Source of the DNA: Acidimicrobiia bacterium
Lineage (GTDB): Bacteria; Actinomycetota; Acidimicrobiia; Spongiisociales; ZC4RG35
Direction: 5' to 3'
NCBI GenBank assembly: GCA_035250025.1
Contig: DATFFO010000035.1
Coordinates: 1 to 45,766, forward strand
DNA length: 45,766 bases
Position numbers and translations under genes: made by a program. The notes under the pieces were generated by a model. The model saw nothing but the letters and a program-made list of their open reading frames with translations, had not been told where the DNA came from and ran no database searches. Of the stretch, positions 1-7,549 are shown piece after piece (positions within the stretch are counted from its first letter, which is position 1; every line of letters begins with the position of its first letter).

Positions 1-843
1 CCGCAGCCCCCGGTCGTGCTGCATCCGCAGCACCTCGAGCGTTGTCTCCGCAGTGACGGCCGGGTTGCCATCTCTGTCGCCGCCGACCCAGGTCCCGAAC
101 CGGATCGGGGCGCGGTTGTTGGAGCCGGGGGAGAGGCGAGCGAGCTGGAGCTCGACCTCTTCGCCCAGCCCCGGCATGACATCTGAGAACAAGAGGTCGA
201 AGTAAAACGCCATCGATCGGGCCTCGTCCAACGGCTCAGGGCGTTCCAGCCTCAGCTCGTCCGTTTGCCAGATCTGGTCGATCAATTCGGCGACGCGGCG
301 GTCGACACGCCGTCGCTGTGTGGCGCTCGCCCGGGGATCGAGCCTTTCGTGCAGGAGGTCGGCCAGGATCCGTAGCTTCGTCAGGATCGTCCTGCGCGCC
401 GCCTCGGTGGGATGGGCGGTGAAGACGGGGCGCAGTTCGAGCCGGTCGACGACGTCGGCGACCATCTCCCGGTCGAGGCCGGCAGCGAGGATGCGGTCGA
501 CGGTCTCGGCCAGCGAAGCCCCCTCGTCAGTCTCAGCCAGCTCGCCGACCCGGTGCACCTGTTCGGCCACGTTGGCGAGGTAGAAGTAGGAGGTGAAGGC
601 GCGCACCAGCTGGATGGTGTCGTCGAGGTCGACATCGGCGAGGAGCTTGTCCAGCTCGGCTCCCGCCCCGGCATCTTCGTCGTTGCGGATGCGCTTGGTG
701 AGGGCGCGCACCCTCTCCACCAGGTCGAGCAGACCTTGCCCGTGCTGGCGGATCAGAGCCTCACCGAGTTGGGAGCCGAGGCGCCGGATGTCGGCACGCA
801 GCGCTTCGTCGCGACCGCCGTCGATGCCGGGCAGTGTCTCCAT
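1..843 (-). CDS. ppc: Phosphoenolpyruvate carboxylase, N-terminal 281 codons; the gene runs off the window start
   Basis: Absent from the ORF track because it has no stop inside the window. My reverse-strand translation from the ATG at 843 reads METLPGIDGGRDEALRADIRR...AFTSYFYLANVAEQVHR...PIRFGTWVGGDRDGNPAVTAETT. The LANxAEQxHR and GxWxGGDRDGNP motifs are PEPC hallmarks. Confidence 0.85.
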   Translation of the reverse strand, partial: METLPGIDGGRDEALRADIRRLGSQLGEALIRQHGQGLLDLVERVRALTKRIRNDEDAGAGAELDKLLADVDLDDTIQLVRAFTSYFYLANVAEQVHRVGELAETDEGASLAETVDRILAAGLDREMVADVVDRLELRPVFTAHPTEAARRTILTKLRILADLLHERLDPRASATQRRRVDRRVAELIDQIWQTDELRLERPEPLDEARSMAFYFDLLFSDVMPGLGEEVELQLARLSPGSNNRAPIRFGTWVGGDRDGNPAVTAETTLEVLRMQHDRGLR

Positions 844-849
844 CGGGCC

Positions 850-855
850 AGGGTA
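850..855 (-). promoter_or_regulatory. Candidate -10 element (TACCCT) 6 nt upstream of the ppc ATG, suggesting a leaderless start
   Basis: The reverse strand reads TACCCT-ggcccg-ATG with no Shine-Dalgarno. The same TANNNT-N6/7-start pattern recurs at about 10 other starts in this window. Confidence 0.35.
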
Positions 856-913
856 CGCACGGGTCGGGGATGCAAACACGGTGTAACCGGACAGCCGGTA
901 CCGTTCCCCGGGC

Positions 914-2248
914 ATGTTCGACTCTCTCACCGATCGGTTCGAATCGATCTTCTCGACATTGCGCGGCAAGGGCCGGCTCTCGGAAGCGGACGTCGACGCC
1001 GCCCTGCGCGAGGTGCGTCTCGCCCTCCTCGAGGCGGATGTCAACGTGGCGGTCGTGCGGGCTTTCCTCGCCCGTATCCGCCCGCGGGCCCTGGAAGCCG
1101 ACGTCTCCAAGAGCCTCACCCCCGGCCAGCAGGTGATCAAGATCGTCCATGAAGAGCTGATCCAGACCCTGGGCGGCTCCACCTCCACCCTGCGTCAGGG
1201 GTCACCTCCCCTGGTGATCCTGATGGTGGGCCTCCAGGGATCGGGCAAGACGACCACTGCAGGGAAGCTGGCCAAGCATCTCAAAGGGAGAGGGCGGCGG
1301 CCCCTGCTGGTGGCGGCCGACCTCCAGCGCCCGGCGGCGATCGACCAGCTGGAGACCCTCGGCGGCCGGATCGGGATCCCGGTCTACGCCGAGCGCAAAT
1401 CGAAGCCGGGGCGGGTGGTGAAGGCTGCTCTCAAGGAGGCGACTCGGGCGGGCCACGACGTGGTGATCGTCGACACGGCGGGCAGGCTCCAGATCGACGA
1501 TGCCCTGATGAAGGAGCTGGCCGAGGTCGCCAAGGTGGCCGATGCCGACGAGACCCTCCTGGTCGTCGACGCCATGACCGGTCAGGATGCGGTCAACGTC
1601 GCCCAGGGCTTCGTCGATCACACCGCTCTCACCGGCATCGTCCTCTCCAAGCTCGACGGCGACGCCCGTGGAGGCGCCGCCATTTCGGTTCGTGAGGTCA
1701 CCGGGGCACCGGTGAAGTTCGCCGGCGTGGGCGAGGGTCTCGACGACCTGGAGCCGTTCCATCCCGACCGCATGGCCTCGCGCATCCTGGGCATGGGCGA
1801 CATGCTGACTCTGATCGAGAAAGCCGAGGCCAGCTTCGACACCGCCCAGGCGGAAAAGGCCGCCCTGAAGATGGAAAAGGGCCAGTTCACGCTCGAGGAC
1901 TTTCTCGAGCAGTTCCAGCAGGTCAAGAAGATGGGCCCGCTGGGTGACATCCTGGCGATGCTGCCGGGGGCGGGTTCCATGCTCAAAGACGTCAACGTCG
2001 ACGACCGCGACATCAAGCGTGTCGAGGCCATCATCCACTCGATGACCCCCGAGGAGCGTCGCCACCCCAAGGTCATGAGTGGCAGTCGCAAACGTCGCGT
2101 GGCCGCCGGATCCGGGACCCGGCCCCAGGACGTCAACAACCTGCTCAAGCAGTTCGCCGACGCTCAGCGGATGATGAAGACCCTGGCAGGAGGCAAGGGG
2201 ATCCCGGGCCTGCCGGGTCTGATGGGTGGCAAGCGCGGGAGAGGCTGA
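914..2248 (+). CDS. ffh: Signal recognition particle protein Ffh
   Basis: 444 aa starting MFDSLTDRF. It has the GLQGSGKTTT P-loop, DTAGR and SKLDGDARGG GTPase motifs, and a Met-rich M-domain C-terminus. Confidence 0.97.
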   Translation: MFDSLTDRFESIFSTLRGKGRLSEADVDAALREVRLALLEADVNVAVVRAFLARIRPRALEADVSKSLTPGQQVIKIVHEELIQTLGGSTSTLRQGSPPLVILMVGLQGSGKTTTAGKLAKHLKGRGRRPLLVAADLQRPAAIDQLETLGGRIGIPVYAERKSKPGRVVKAALKEATRAGHDVVIVDTAGRLQIDDALMKELAEVAKVADADETLLVVDAMTGQDAVNVAQGFVDHTALTGIVLSKLDGDARGGAAISVREVTGAPVKFAGVGEGLDDLEPFHPDRMASRILGMGDMLTLIEKAEASFDTAQAEKAALKMEKGQFTLEDFLEQFQQVKKMGPLGDILAMLPGAGSMLKDVNVDDRDIKRVEAIIHSMTPEERRHPKVMSGSRKRRVAAGSGTRPQDVNNLLKQFADAQRMMKTLAGGKGIPGLPGLMGGKRGRG

Positions 2249-2284
2249 CTGCTCGGCTATCCATCCTCGACCATCAGCCGGCAA

Positions 2285-2313
2285 CTGACAACCGTTCACC
2301 GACTGGCTATGCT
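2285..2313 (+). promoter_or_regulatory. Candidate sigma-70-type promoter for the rpsP operon
   Basis: CTGACA (2285-2290), a 17-nt spacer, then TATGCT (2308-2313), about 140 nt upstream of rpsP. The leader contains nested GC stems (ccggccc...gggccgg, gctcc-tgtc-ggagc). Confidence 0.3.
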
Positions 2314-2453
2314 GCCTGTCTCCGGCCCCGTTCCAACCGGCGCGCTCCTGTCGGAGCGGTCGTTGCGGGCCGGGTCCCAACCTGAAGCTGCCGGTCGGAG
2401 GCCGCGGCGCATCGATTTCGGATGCCCTGGTCCCGATCACGAGAGGTGAATTG

Positions 2454-2882
2454 ATGGCCGTCAAGATGAGACTGATGCGGATGGGCAAGACGAAGTCGCC
2501 CCATTACCGCGTTGTGGTGATGGACGGGCGTGCCCCCCGGGACGGTCGCTACATCGACCTCATCGGACGCTATGACCCCCGCCAGGAACCGTCCGTGATC
2601 GAGATCGACAACGCCAAGGCCATCGACTGGCTCAAGAAGGGGGCCCAGCCCACCGAGGCCGTGAGCAAGCTTCTCGATGCTTCCGGCGCCCTCACCCAGT
2701 TCAAGGTCAAAGCGGGCAAGATCCACACTGTCGGCGGCGGGGCTCCCGCACCCGAACAGGCGCCGGCCGACGCAGGTGTGGCCGCGGCCGTCGAGGCGGA
2801 GACAGCCCCCACAGACGATGCCCCGGCCGAGCCCGAGGTGGTTGAGGCCGATGAGGCCCCCAGCGACTCCGAGGAGGAGTAG
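2454..2882 (+). CDS. rpsP: 30S ribosomal protein S16 with an Ala/Pro/Glu-rich C-terminal extension
   Basis: MAVKMRLMRMGKTKSPHYRVVVMDGRAPRDGRYID is a classic S16 N-terminus. The RBS gagagg lies 7 nt upstream of the ATG at 2454; the ORF-track start at 2451 is a TTG one codon earlier. Confidence 0.95.
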   Translation: MAVKMRLMRMGKTKSPHYRVVVMDGRAPRDGRYIDLIGRYDPRQEPSVIEIDNAKAIDWLKKGAQPTEAVSKLLDASGALTQFKVKAGKIHTVGGGAPAPEQAPADAGVAAAVEAETAPTDDAPAEPEVVEADEAPSDSEEE

Positions 2883-3134
2883 GTGGCCAAGGGAGAGATC
2901 GTCGAACGTGTCGTGACCTACGTCGTCAAGGAAATCGTCGACAACCCGGACGAGGTGAGCGTCACGATCGTCGAGCAGGGCCCCGAGGAGGTGCTGGCCG
3001 AGGTGCGTGCCGCCAAGTCCGACATGGGCCGGATCATCGGTCGCCGCGGCCGGGTGGCAAGGGCCATCCGGGCCGTCGCCGGCGCCGCAGGCGACGAGGA
3101 AGGCATCTCGGCTGACGTCGAGTTCGTCGACTGA
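2883..3134 (+). CDS. KH-domain RNA-binding protein (YlqC / Rv2908c-like)
   Basis: 83 aa with a GTG start immediately after the rpsP stop. It carries the GRIIGRRGRVARAIR GXXG KH motif and sits in the conserved position between rpsP and rimM. Confidence 0.85.
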   Translation: MAKGEIVERVVTYVVKEIVDNPDEVSVTIVEQGPEEVLAEVRAAKSDMGRIIGRRGRVARAIRAVAGAAGDEEGISADVEFVD

Positions 3135-3147
3135 CGAGCCGGTCCTG

Positions 3148-3636
3148 GTGGGCCGTATCGGCCGTGCCCACGGCACCCGGGGCGCGGTGGTCGTCGATCC
3201 GCATACCGACGAGCCCTCGCGCCGCTTCTCGCCCGGCTCCGAGGTCTTCCTCGAGGACGGAACCATGCTGAAGGTCCGTCGCTACGAGGCCACCGACCGA
3301 TCGCCCGTCGTCACCTTCGAGGGGGTCGTCGATCGTTCCTCGGCGGAGACGCTGAGAGGCGCCGCCCTCTACATCCGGGCGGCCGACAGGCGGGCACTGG
3401 GTGAGGAGGAGTTCTGGCCCGACGAGCTCGTCGGTCTCCGGGTCCACGACACAGAGGGCGCCGAGCTGGGCGTGGTGAGCAGCGTCGAGGTGGGCGGAAG
3501 CCAGGATCGTCTTGTCGTGGAGACCGCCGAAGGCTCTCTCACCATCCCCCTCGTGACGGCGCTCGTTCCCGTTGTCGCGGTGGCCGACGGCAAAGTCGTC
3601 GTCGACCTGCCACCGGGTTTCACGGAGCCGGATTGA
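3148..3636 (+). CDS. rimM: 16S rRNA processing protein RimM (start uncertain)
   Basis: VGRIGRAHGTRGAVVVDPHTDEP... is a typical RimM N-terminus. I chose the GTG at 3148; the in-frame ATG at 3007 would overlap the KH gene by 128 nt. Confidence 0.85.
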   Translation: MGRIGRAHGTRGAVVVDPHTDEPSRRFSPGSEVFLEDGTMLKVRRYEATDRSPVVTFEGVVDRSSAETLRGAALYIRAADRRALGEEEFWPDELVGLRVHDTEGAELGVVSSVEVGGSQDRLVVETAEGSLTIPLVTALVPVVAVADGKVVVDLPPGFTEPD

Positions 3637-4495
3637 CCGGGATGCCGGCGACTACCGACCCGTCGGCGGTCTCCACCTGGACCCGGTCGTAGACGCGGTC
3701 TCCCACGGGGATCGTCAGCGAGAAGGCGGTCCAGCTTCCCTCCGGCGAGGCGAGCTCCAGAACCGCGTCCTCTACGGTGGCGCCGGCGTTCAGCACGGAG
3801 ACGCTCAGGCTGGCTTCGGTGCTCGTCGAGTAGCCGAACACGTCGATCAGTGGTTCCACCACGGCGCCCTCGCCCGGCTCCACGAGGACGATGTTGTCGG
3901 CGACCAGGGGGCGTCCGACGTCGGGTGGTCCCCCGGGCTGCAGCTCGATCTCCAGACGGGCCGGGGAGGTGAGCAGCCGGGCCCGGCCCACGGCGGGGCC
4001 ACTCAGCACGAGGTCGATGAAGCGGTTCCCCTCGGCGTCCACGGGAACGAAGATCCGCTCGATGAGGCCGGTCTCGACCAGTTGGTCGGCGATCACCGAG
4101 GAGGTAGCGGCGCTGTCGATCCGCAGGACACCGGCGCCGCGCAGGATGTCAGCCGTCAGCGGCGGGGGAGTGGTAGCCGGCGCACCGTCGTCGGTGGCAA
4201 ACGCGATCGTGACGATGTGGCACTCGCCGGCCATCCGCCACCCGATGCCGTCAATGCGAGACGCGTCAGCAGCCGGGGGCTCCCACGCCAGGAGCTGGCC
4301 CTCTGTCAACATCACGTCCCCGTCCGGGCACGCCGCAGTCGGCGGGAGAGTCGAGCTCGATGACGTGGGAACCGTTGGCGCGGTGGTGGTGGCCGGGATG
4401 GTGGTGGCCCCGGGGGGCGGGGACACCGTCGGCCCGGGCGTCACGGCGCAGCCACTTACAAGCCCGGCCACCAGGAGGGTGCGGAGTCGACTCAC
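3620..4495 (-). CDS. Secreted lipoprotein with a Pro/Thr linker plus AMIN-like and Ig-like (Gmad2-like) regions, assigned by eye
   Basis: A GTG at 4495 gives MSRLRTLLVAGLVSGC, i.e. a signal peptide plus lipobox. A PT-rich linker follows, then ...SPARLEIEL (AMIN-like ending) and a C-terminal beta-rich region. It is oriented opposite to the rpsP-rimM-trmD-rplS operon and overlaps the rimM 3' end by 17 nt. Confidence 0.7.
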   Translation of the reverse strand: MSRLRTLLVAGLVSGCAVTPGPTVSPPPGATTIPATTTAPTVPTSSSSTLPPTAACPDGDVMLTEGQLLAWEPPAADASRIDGIGWRMAGECHIVTIAFATDDGAPATTPPPLTADILRGAGVLRIDSAATSSVIADQLVETGLIERIFVPVDAEGNRFIDLVLSGPAVGRARLLTSPARLEIELQPGGPPDVGRPLVADNIVLVEPGEGAVVEPLIDVFGYSTSTEASLSVSVLNAGATVEDAVLELASPEGSWTAFSLTIPVGDRVYDRVQVETADGSVVAGIPVNPAP

Positions 4496-4502
4496 CCCCC
4501 GT

Positions 4503-4508
4503 AGGGTA
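4503..4508 (-). promoter_or_regulatory. Candidate -10 (TACCCT) 7 nt upstream of the lipoprotein GTG
   Basis: The reverse strand reads TACCCT-acggggg-GTG. It lies in a 46-bp divergent spacer shared with trmD. Confidence 0.3.
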
Positions 4509-4529
4509 CGGCCGGGTGCGGGCGGTTCG

Positions 4530-4535
4530 TAGGCT
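4530..4535 (+). promoter_or_regulatory. Candidate -10 (TAGGCT) 6 nt upstream of the trmD GTG, suggesting a leaderless start
   Basis: TAGGCT-ggcgcg-GTG with no SD. This would give trmD its own promoter downstream of the inverted lipoprotein gene. Confidence 0.4.
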
Positions 4536-4541
4536 GGCGCG

Positions 4542-5228
4542 GTGCGCATATCGATAGTGACGATCTTCCCCGAGTACTTCCCGGCGCCGCTTTCAGTGGG
4601 CGTCGTGGGGAGGGCAATCGACGGTGGTCTTGTGACCGTCGACTACCACGACGTCCGCCTCCATGGCCTCGGACGTCATCGGCAAGTCGACGACACGCCC
4701 TACGGCGGCGGGGCCGGGATGGTGATGCGAGTCGAGCCGCTCGACGCCGCACTGACTCCCCTTGCAGCCTCGCATCGGGTACTACTCAGTCCGGTGGGGA
4801 CGCCGCTGGACCAGGACACCCTCGACCGCCTGGCCCTGTTGCCTCACCTGACACTGGTGTGTGGTCGGTACGAGGGCGTGGACCAGAGGATCATCGACCA
4901 CCACATCGACGAGGAGGTGTCTCTCGGAGACTTCGTCCTGGCGGGCGGAGAGGTGGCGGCCCTCGCCGTCATCGATGGAGTGGTTCGACTCATCCCGGGC
5001 GTCGTCGGAAACCCGGCCTCGACGGCCCACGAGTCGTTCCGTTCGGGTCTCCTGGAGGAACCCGTGTACACCAAGCCCGCTGAGTATCGCGGTTGGGATG
5101 TGCCGGAGGTGCTCCTCTCCGGCGACCACGGTCGGATCGAGGAGTGGCGCCAGGAACAACGGCGTCGGCGCACCCAGGAGCGGCGTCCCGACCTGTGGTC
5201 CCGGTTCGTGGCCGGGGACGAACCCTGA
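4542..5228 (+). CDS. trmD: tRNA (guanine37-N1)-methyltransferase TrmD
   Basis: VRISIVTIFPEYFPAPL..., YGGGAGMVM and VCGRYEGVDQR are canonical TrmD motifs. Confidence 0.96.
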   Translation: MRISIVTIFPEYFPAPLSVGVVGRAIDGGLVTVDYHDVRLHGLGRHRQVDDTPYGGGAGMVMRVEPLDAALTPLAASHRVLLSPVGTPLDQDTLDRLALLPHLTLVCGRYEGVDQRIIDHHIDEEVSLGDFVLAGGEVAALAVIDGVVRLIPGVVGNPASTAHESFRSGLLEEPVYTKPAEYRGWDVPEVLLSGDHGRIEEWRQEQRRRRTQERRPDLWSRFVAGDEP

Positions 5229-5379
5229 TAGCATGAGGCGCCGCCGTCCCGTTCGTCTCGACGGAATCGGCTGTTGGAAAGTCCCTGACGTCACCCGAGA
5301 CCGTCCGCCTTGTCTTGGTCCGCGGTGATGACGCATCTCGGCCGGCGGTGACAGGCCGCTGAACCGACGAGGAGCCCCG

Positions 5380-5724
5380 ATGAACGACATGCAACTCCTG
5401 GAGAACGCCCGACTGCGCGACGACGTGCCCGAATTTCGCGCCGGCGACACCGTCAAGGTGCATGTGCGGGTCGTCGAAGGCGGGCGCGAGCGGATCCAGG
5501 TGTTCGAGGGTGTCGTCATCGCCCGCAACGGCGGCGGTATCAACGCCTCGTTCACCGTGCGCAAGATCAGTTTCGGGGTGGGTGTCGAGCGCGTGTTCCC
5601 GGTCCACGCCCCGATCATCGACAAGATCGAGGTCACCCGGCGGGGAGATGTCCGCCGTGCCAAGCTCTACTACCTGCGTGATCGGGTCGGCAAGTCCGCT
5701 CGCATCAAGGAGCGGCGCGACTGA
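5380..5724 (+). CDS. rplS: 50S ribosomal protein L19
   Basis: 114 aa with ...[30 protein letters not shown]...RRAKLYYLR. The RBS gaggag lies upstream. Confidence 0.97.
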   Translation: MNDMQLLENARLRDDVPEFRAGDTVKVHVRVVEGGRERIQVFEGVVIARNGGGINASFTVRKISFGVGVERVFPVHAPIIDKIEVTRRGDVRRAKLYYLRDRVGKSARIKERRD

Positions 5725-5729
5725 GCGCA

Positions 5730-6386
5730 GTGCCCGAGCCCATGGGGGAGGACACCCCACCCCAGCCCGAGCTGGATGCCGGCGAGGCGGAGGTCGCCGA
5801 CGGCCGCTCGTTCTGGGTCGAACTGCCCGGTCTCCTGCTCACCGCCCTCGTCGTGGCGGTCCTGGTGAAGACGTTCCTCGTCCAGCCGTTCTACATCCCG
5901 TCCGAGTCGATGCTGCCCACGATCGAGATCAACGATCGGGTGATGGTGAACAAGCTGGCATATAGGTTCGGTGAACCGCAGCCCGGCGACATCGTGGTGT
6001 TCCTCAACCCCAACCTCACCGCCGACGACCTCGATGAGACGATTCCGGAGGCTGTGATCCGCTCCGTGCTCGAGGCCGTCGGAGTCAGGACCCGGGGTCA
6101 GGACGACCTGATCAAGCGCGTCGTCGCCACCGAGGGCCAGACGGTCGAAATCAACGGCGGCGTGCTGCGAGTGGACGGCGAGACCGCCTCCGAGCCGTAT
6201 CTGGCGCCGGGGACAGAAATGGGAGATTTCGAGGAAGTCACCATCCCCGACGACCACGTATTCGTGATGGGCGACAACCGCAACTCGAGCCTGGATTCGC
6301 GGCGCTTTGGCCCTATCCCGACCGCGGAGATCGTCGGCAAGGCAGTGTTGCGTATCTGGCCGCTCGATCGCGTCGGCGGAGTCTGA
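5730..6386 (+). CDS. lepB: Signal peptidase I
   Basis: An N-terminal TM helix, the SESMLPT catalytic Ser box, GDIVVF, the KRVVA Lys box and GDNRNSSLDSR. The start is either GTG 5730 or the in-frame ATG at 5742. Confidence 0.93.
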   Translation: MPEPMGEDTPPQPELDAGEAEVADGRSFWVELPGLLLTALVVAVLVKTFLVQPFYIPSESMLPTIEINDRVMVNKLAYRFGEPQPGDIVVFLNPNLTADDLDETIPEAVIRSVLEAVGVRTRGQDDLIKRVVATEGQTVEINGGVLRVDGETASEPYLAPGTEMGDFEEVTIPDDHVFVMGDNRNSSLDSRRFGPIPTAEIVGKAVLRIWPLDRVGGV

Positions 6387-6468
6387 CGACACTCAGAAGC
6401 GAGATGTCGGTACCGTCTGGTAAGCCTGGCGGATGGGACCGCCGCACCGGAAGGAGCGGGTAGGAGCA

Positions 6469-6762
6469 ATGGAAGAAGACCTGGAGCGCTACGAGACGGA
6501 ATCCGAGCTCGCCATCTACAAGGAGTACCGCGACGTGCTCCCGCTCTTCCGGTTCGTCGTCGAGACGGAGCGGCGCTTCTACCTCGCCAACCACGTCGAC
6601 CTCCATCGTCGCAGCGACGGTGAGTCGCTCTACTTCGAGATCGAGATGACCGACGCCTGGGTGTGGGACATGTTCCGCCCTGCCCGCTTCTTGCGGTCGG
6701 TGAGAGTGCTCACCTTCAACGACGTCAACGTCGAGGAGCTCGAGAAGAACGAGGCGCTGTGA
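6469..6762 (+). CDS. DUF2469 protein (Rv2901c-like)
   Basis: MEEDLERYETESELAIYKEYRDVLPLFRFVVETERRFYLAN...DAWVWDMFRPARF closely matches the M. tuberculosis Rv2901c family as I recall it. Confidence 0.85.
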   Translation: MEEDLERYETESELAIYKEYRDVLPLFRFVVETERRFYLANHVDLHRRSDGESLYFEIEMTDAWVWDMFRPARFLRSVRVLTFNDVNVEELEKNEAL

Positions 6763-7085
6763 TCGACCGGCGCCGACTAGTCGGTGCCGTCGGTGAGCAG
6801 CTGGCAGAGGCTTCTCTCCGCCGCCATGGCCTCCGGGTCGTCGCCCGCAACGTCGCCGTCGGCCGGGGCGAGGTCGACATCCTCGCCGTCGATCGGGGAC
6901 AGCGGGTCGTGGTGGAAGTGCGGACCACAACGGGCGAAGCCGATCCGCTGGCTGCGTTCGGACCGGTCAAGGCCGCCCAGGTGGCACGCCTGGCCCGGCG
7001 GATCAGAGCGCACCGGGTCGACCTGATCGCAATCCATCTGGGAGAGGACGCGGCCGAGATCCGCTGGGTCCAGGGAGCAGCCTGA
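6759..7085 (+). CDS. yraN: YraN/UPF0102 family endonuclease-like protein
   Basis: The GTG at 6759 overlaps the DUF2469 stop (GTGA). The sequence VIDRRRLVGAVGEQLAEASLRRHGLRVVARNVAVGRGEVDILAVD...VVVEVRTT is the YraN pattern. Same position as Rv2898c. Confidence 0.8.
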   Translation: MIDRRRLVGAVGEQLAEASLRRHGLRVVARNVAVGRGEVDILAVDRGQRVVVEVRTTTGEADPLAAFGPVKAAQVARLARRIRAHRVDLIAIHLGEDAAEIRWVQGAA

Positions 7086-7154
7086 CCCCGGCCGTCGTCG
7101 CCTCCGAACCCAGGGTTCCCGACCACGGTTTCTGCGGTCGCTGGCCCCGAGAAC

Positions 7155-7176
7155 GGGCGCCGAGCTGAAAGCGCCC
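7155..7176. terminator. GC hairpin between the convergent yraN and miniprotein genes
   Basis: gggcgc-cgagctgaaa-gcgccc forms a 6-bp stem. There is no clear U-tract on either strand. Confidence 0.2.
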
Positions 7177-7180
7177 CGAT

Positions 7181-7384
7181 TCAGACCCGGTTCATGCGTT
7201 GTGCCCGATGCCAGCAGCCCCGATGCCAGTGTCGGCGCAGGTCCGGAGCCTCGTCAGGGACCACCACCAGATGGAAGGTCCCCGCCGGTATCAGCGATTC
7301 GCATCCGGGGCACAGGTATGCCTTGCGGGCCGCGTAAGGCTGGACGGCGGTCACCGTGACCTCGAAGTGACCCCAACGCTCCAC
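7181..7384 (-). CDS. Small conserved actinobacterial protein with a putative Zn-binding CPGC...HWHxxCW motif
   Basis: 67 aa with a GTG start: ...AYLCPGCESLIPAGTFHLVVVP...DLRRHWHRGCWHRAQR. I recall the same motif in small Streptomyces proteins loosely annotated as ATP/GTP-binding protein. Function is unknown. Confidence 0.65.
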   Translation of the reverse strand: MERWGHFEVTVTAVQPYAARKAYLCPGCESLIPAGTFHLVVVPDEAPDLRRHWHRGCWHRAQRMNRV

Positions 7385-7387
7385 CCC

Positions 7388-7501
7388 TCACCCTCCGAAC
7401 AGGCCCCAGGCGACGAGGCCGAGCGTGATTGCCACCGCCACCACCACCAGAACGACATCGAGGACGCCGTACGATTCTTCCCGGAACGGGTTGAAGCCCA
7501 C
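7388..7501 (-). CDS. Candidate 37-aa membrane micro-ORF upstream of the miniprotein; not in the ORF track
   Basis: My translation is V/MGFNPFREESYGVLDVVLVVVAVAITLGLVAWGLFGG*, with one clear TM helix. Its stop lies 3 nt before the GTG of the 67-aa gene. A reverse-strand TAGCGT sits 6 nt upstream of its GTG. There is no homology evidence. Confidence 0.3.
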   Translation of the reverse strand: MGFNPFREESYGVLDVVLVVVAVAITLGLVAWGLFGG

Positions 7502-7536
7502 GGCGTCACGCTACACAGCCGCCGCCCTATGCCGGT

Positions 7537-7542
7537 TACCGT
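7537..7542 (+). promoter_or_regulatory. Candidate -10 (TACCGT) 7 nt upstream of the crotonase ATG at 7550
   Basis: TACCGT-cccatcc-ATG with no SD. This supports 7550 as the start rather than 7199 or 7529. Confidence 0.3.
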
Positions 7543-7549
7543 CCCATCC

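Noticed and set aside
1202-2488. 428-aa reverse ORF antisense to ffh. Similar long antisense or off-frame ORFs include 8377..9513, 15822..17018, 17075..18373, 19807..21108, 22513..23742, 24916..26361, 26476..27897 and 31521..33575.
   Set aside because: Each overlaps a motif-confirmed housekeeping gene on the other strand. Each translates to Arg/Gly/Pro/His-rich sequence without recognisable domains. These are classic high-GC shadow ORFs.
3007-3147. ATG at 3007 as the rimM start (track ORF 3007..3636)
   Set aside because: It would overlap the KH-protein gene by 128 nt and add a Ser/Pro/Ala-rich non-conserved N-terminus. RimM homology starts at VGRIGRAHG, so the GTG at 3148 was chosen, although the exact start remains uncertain.
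7199-7549. Long N-terminal extension of the crotonase ORF (track start 7199)
   Set aside because: The extension is His/Arg-rich and overlaps the reverse-strand miniprotein gene and micro-ORF. Crotonase homology begins at MSWISHEDRG, and that ATG has a TACCGT hexamer 7 nt upstream.
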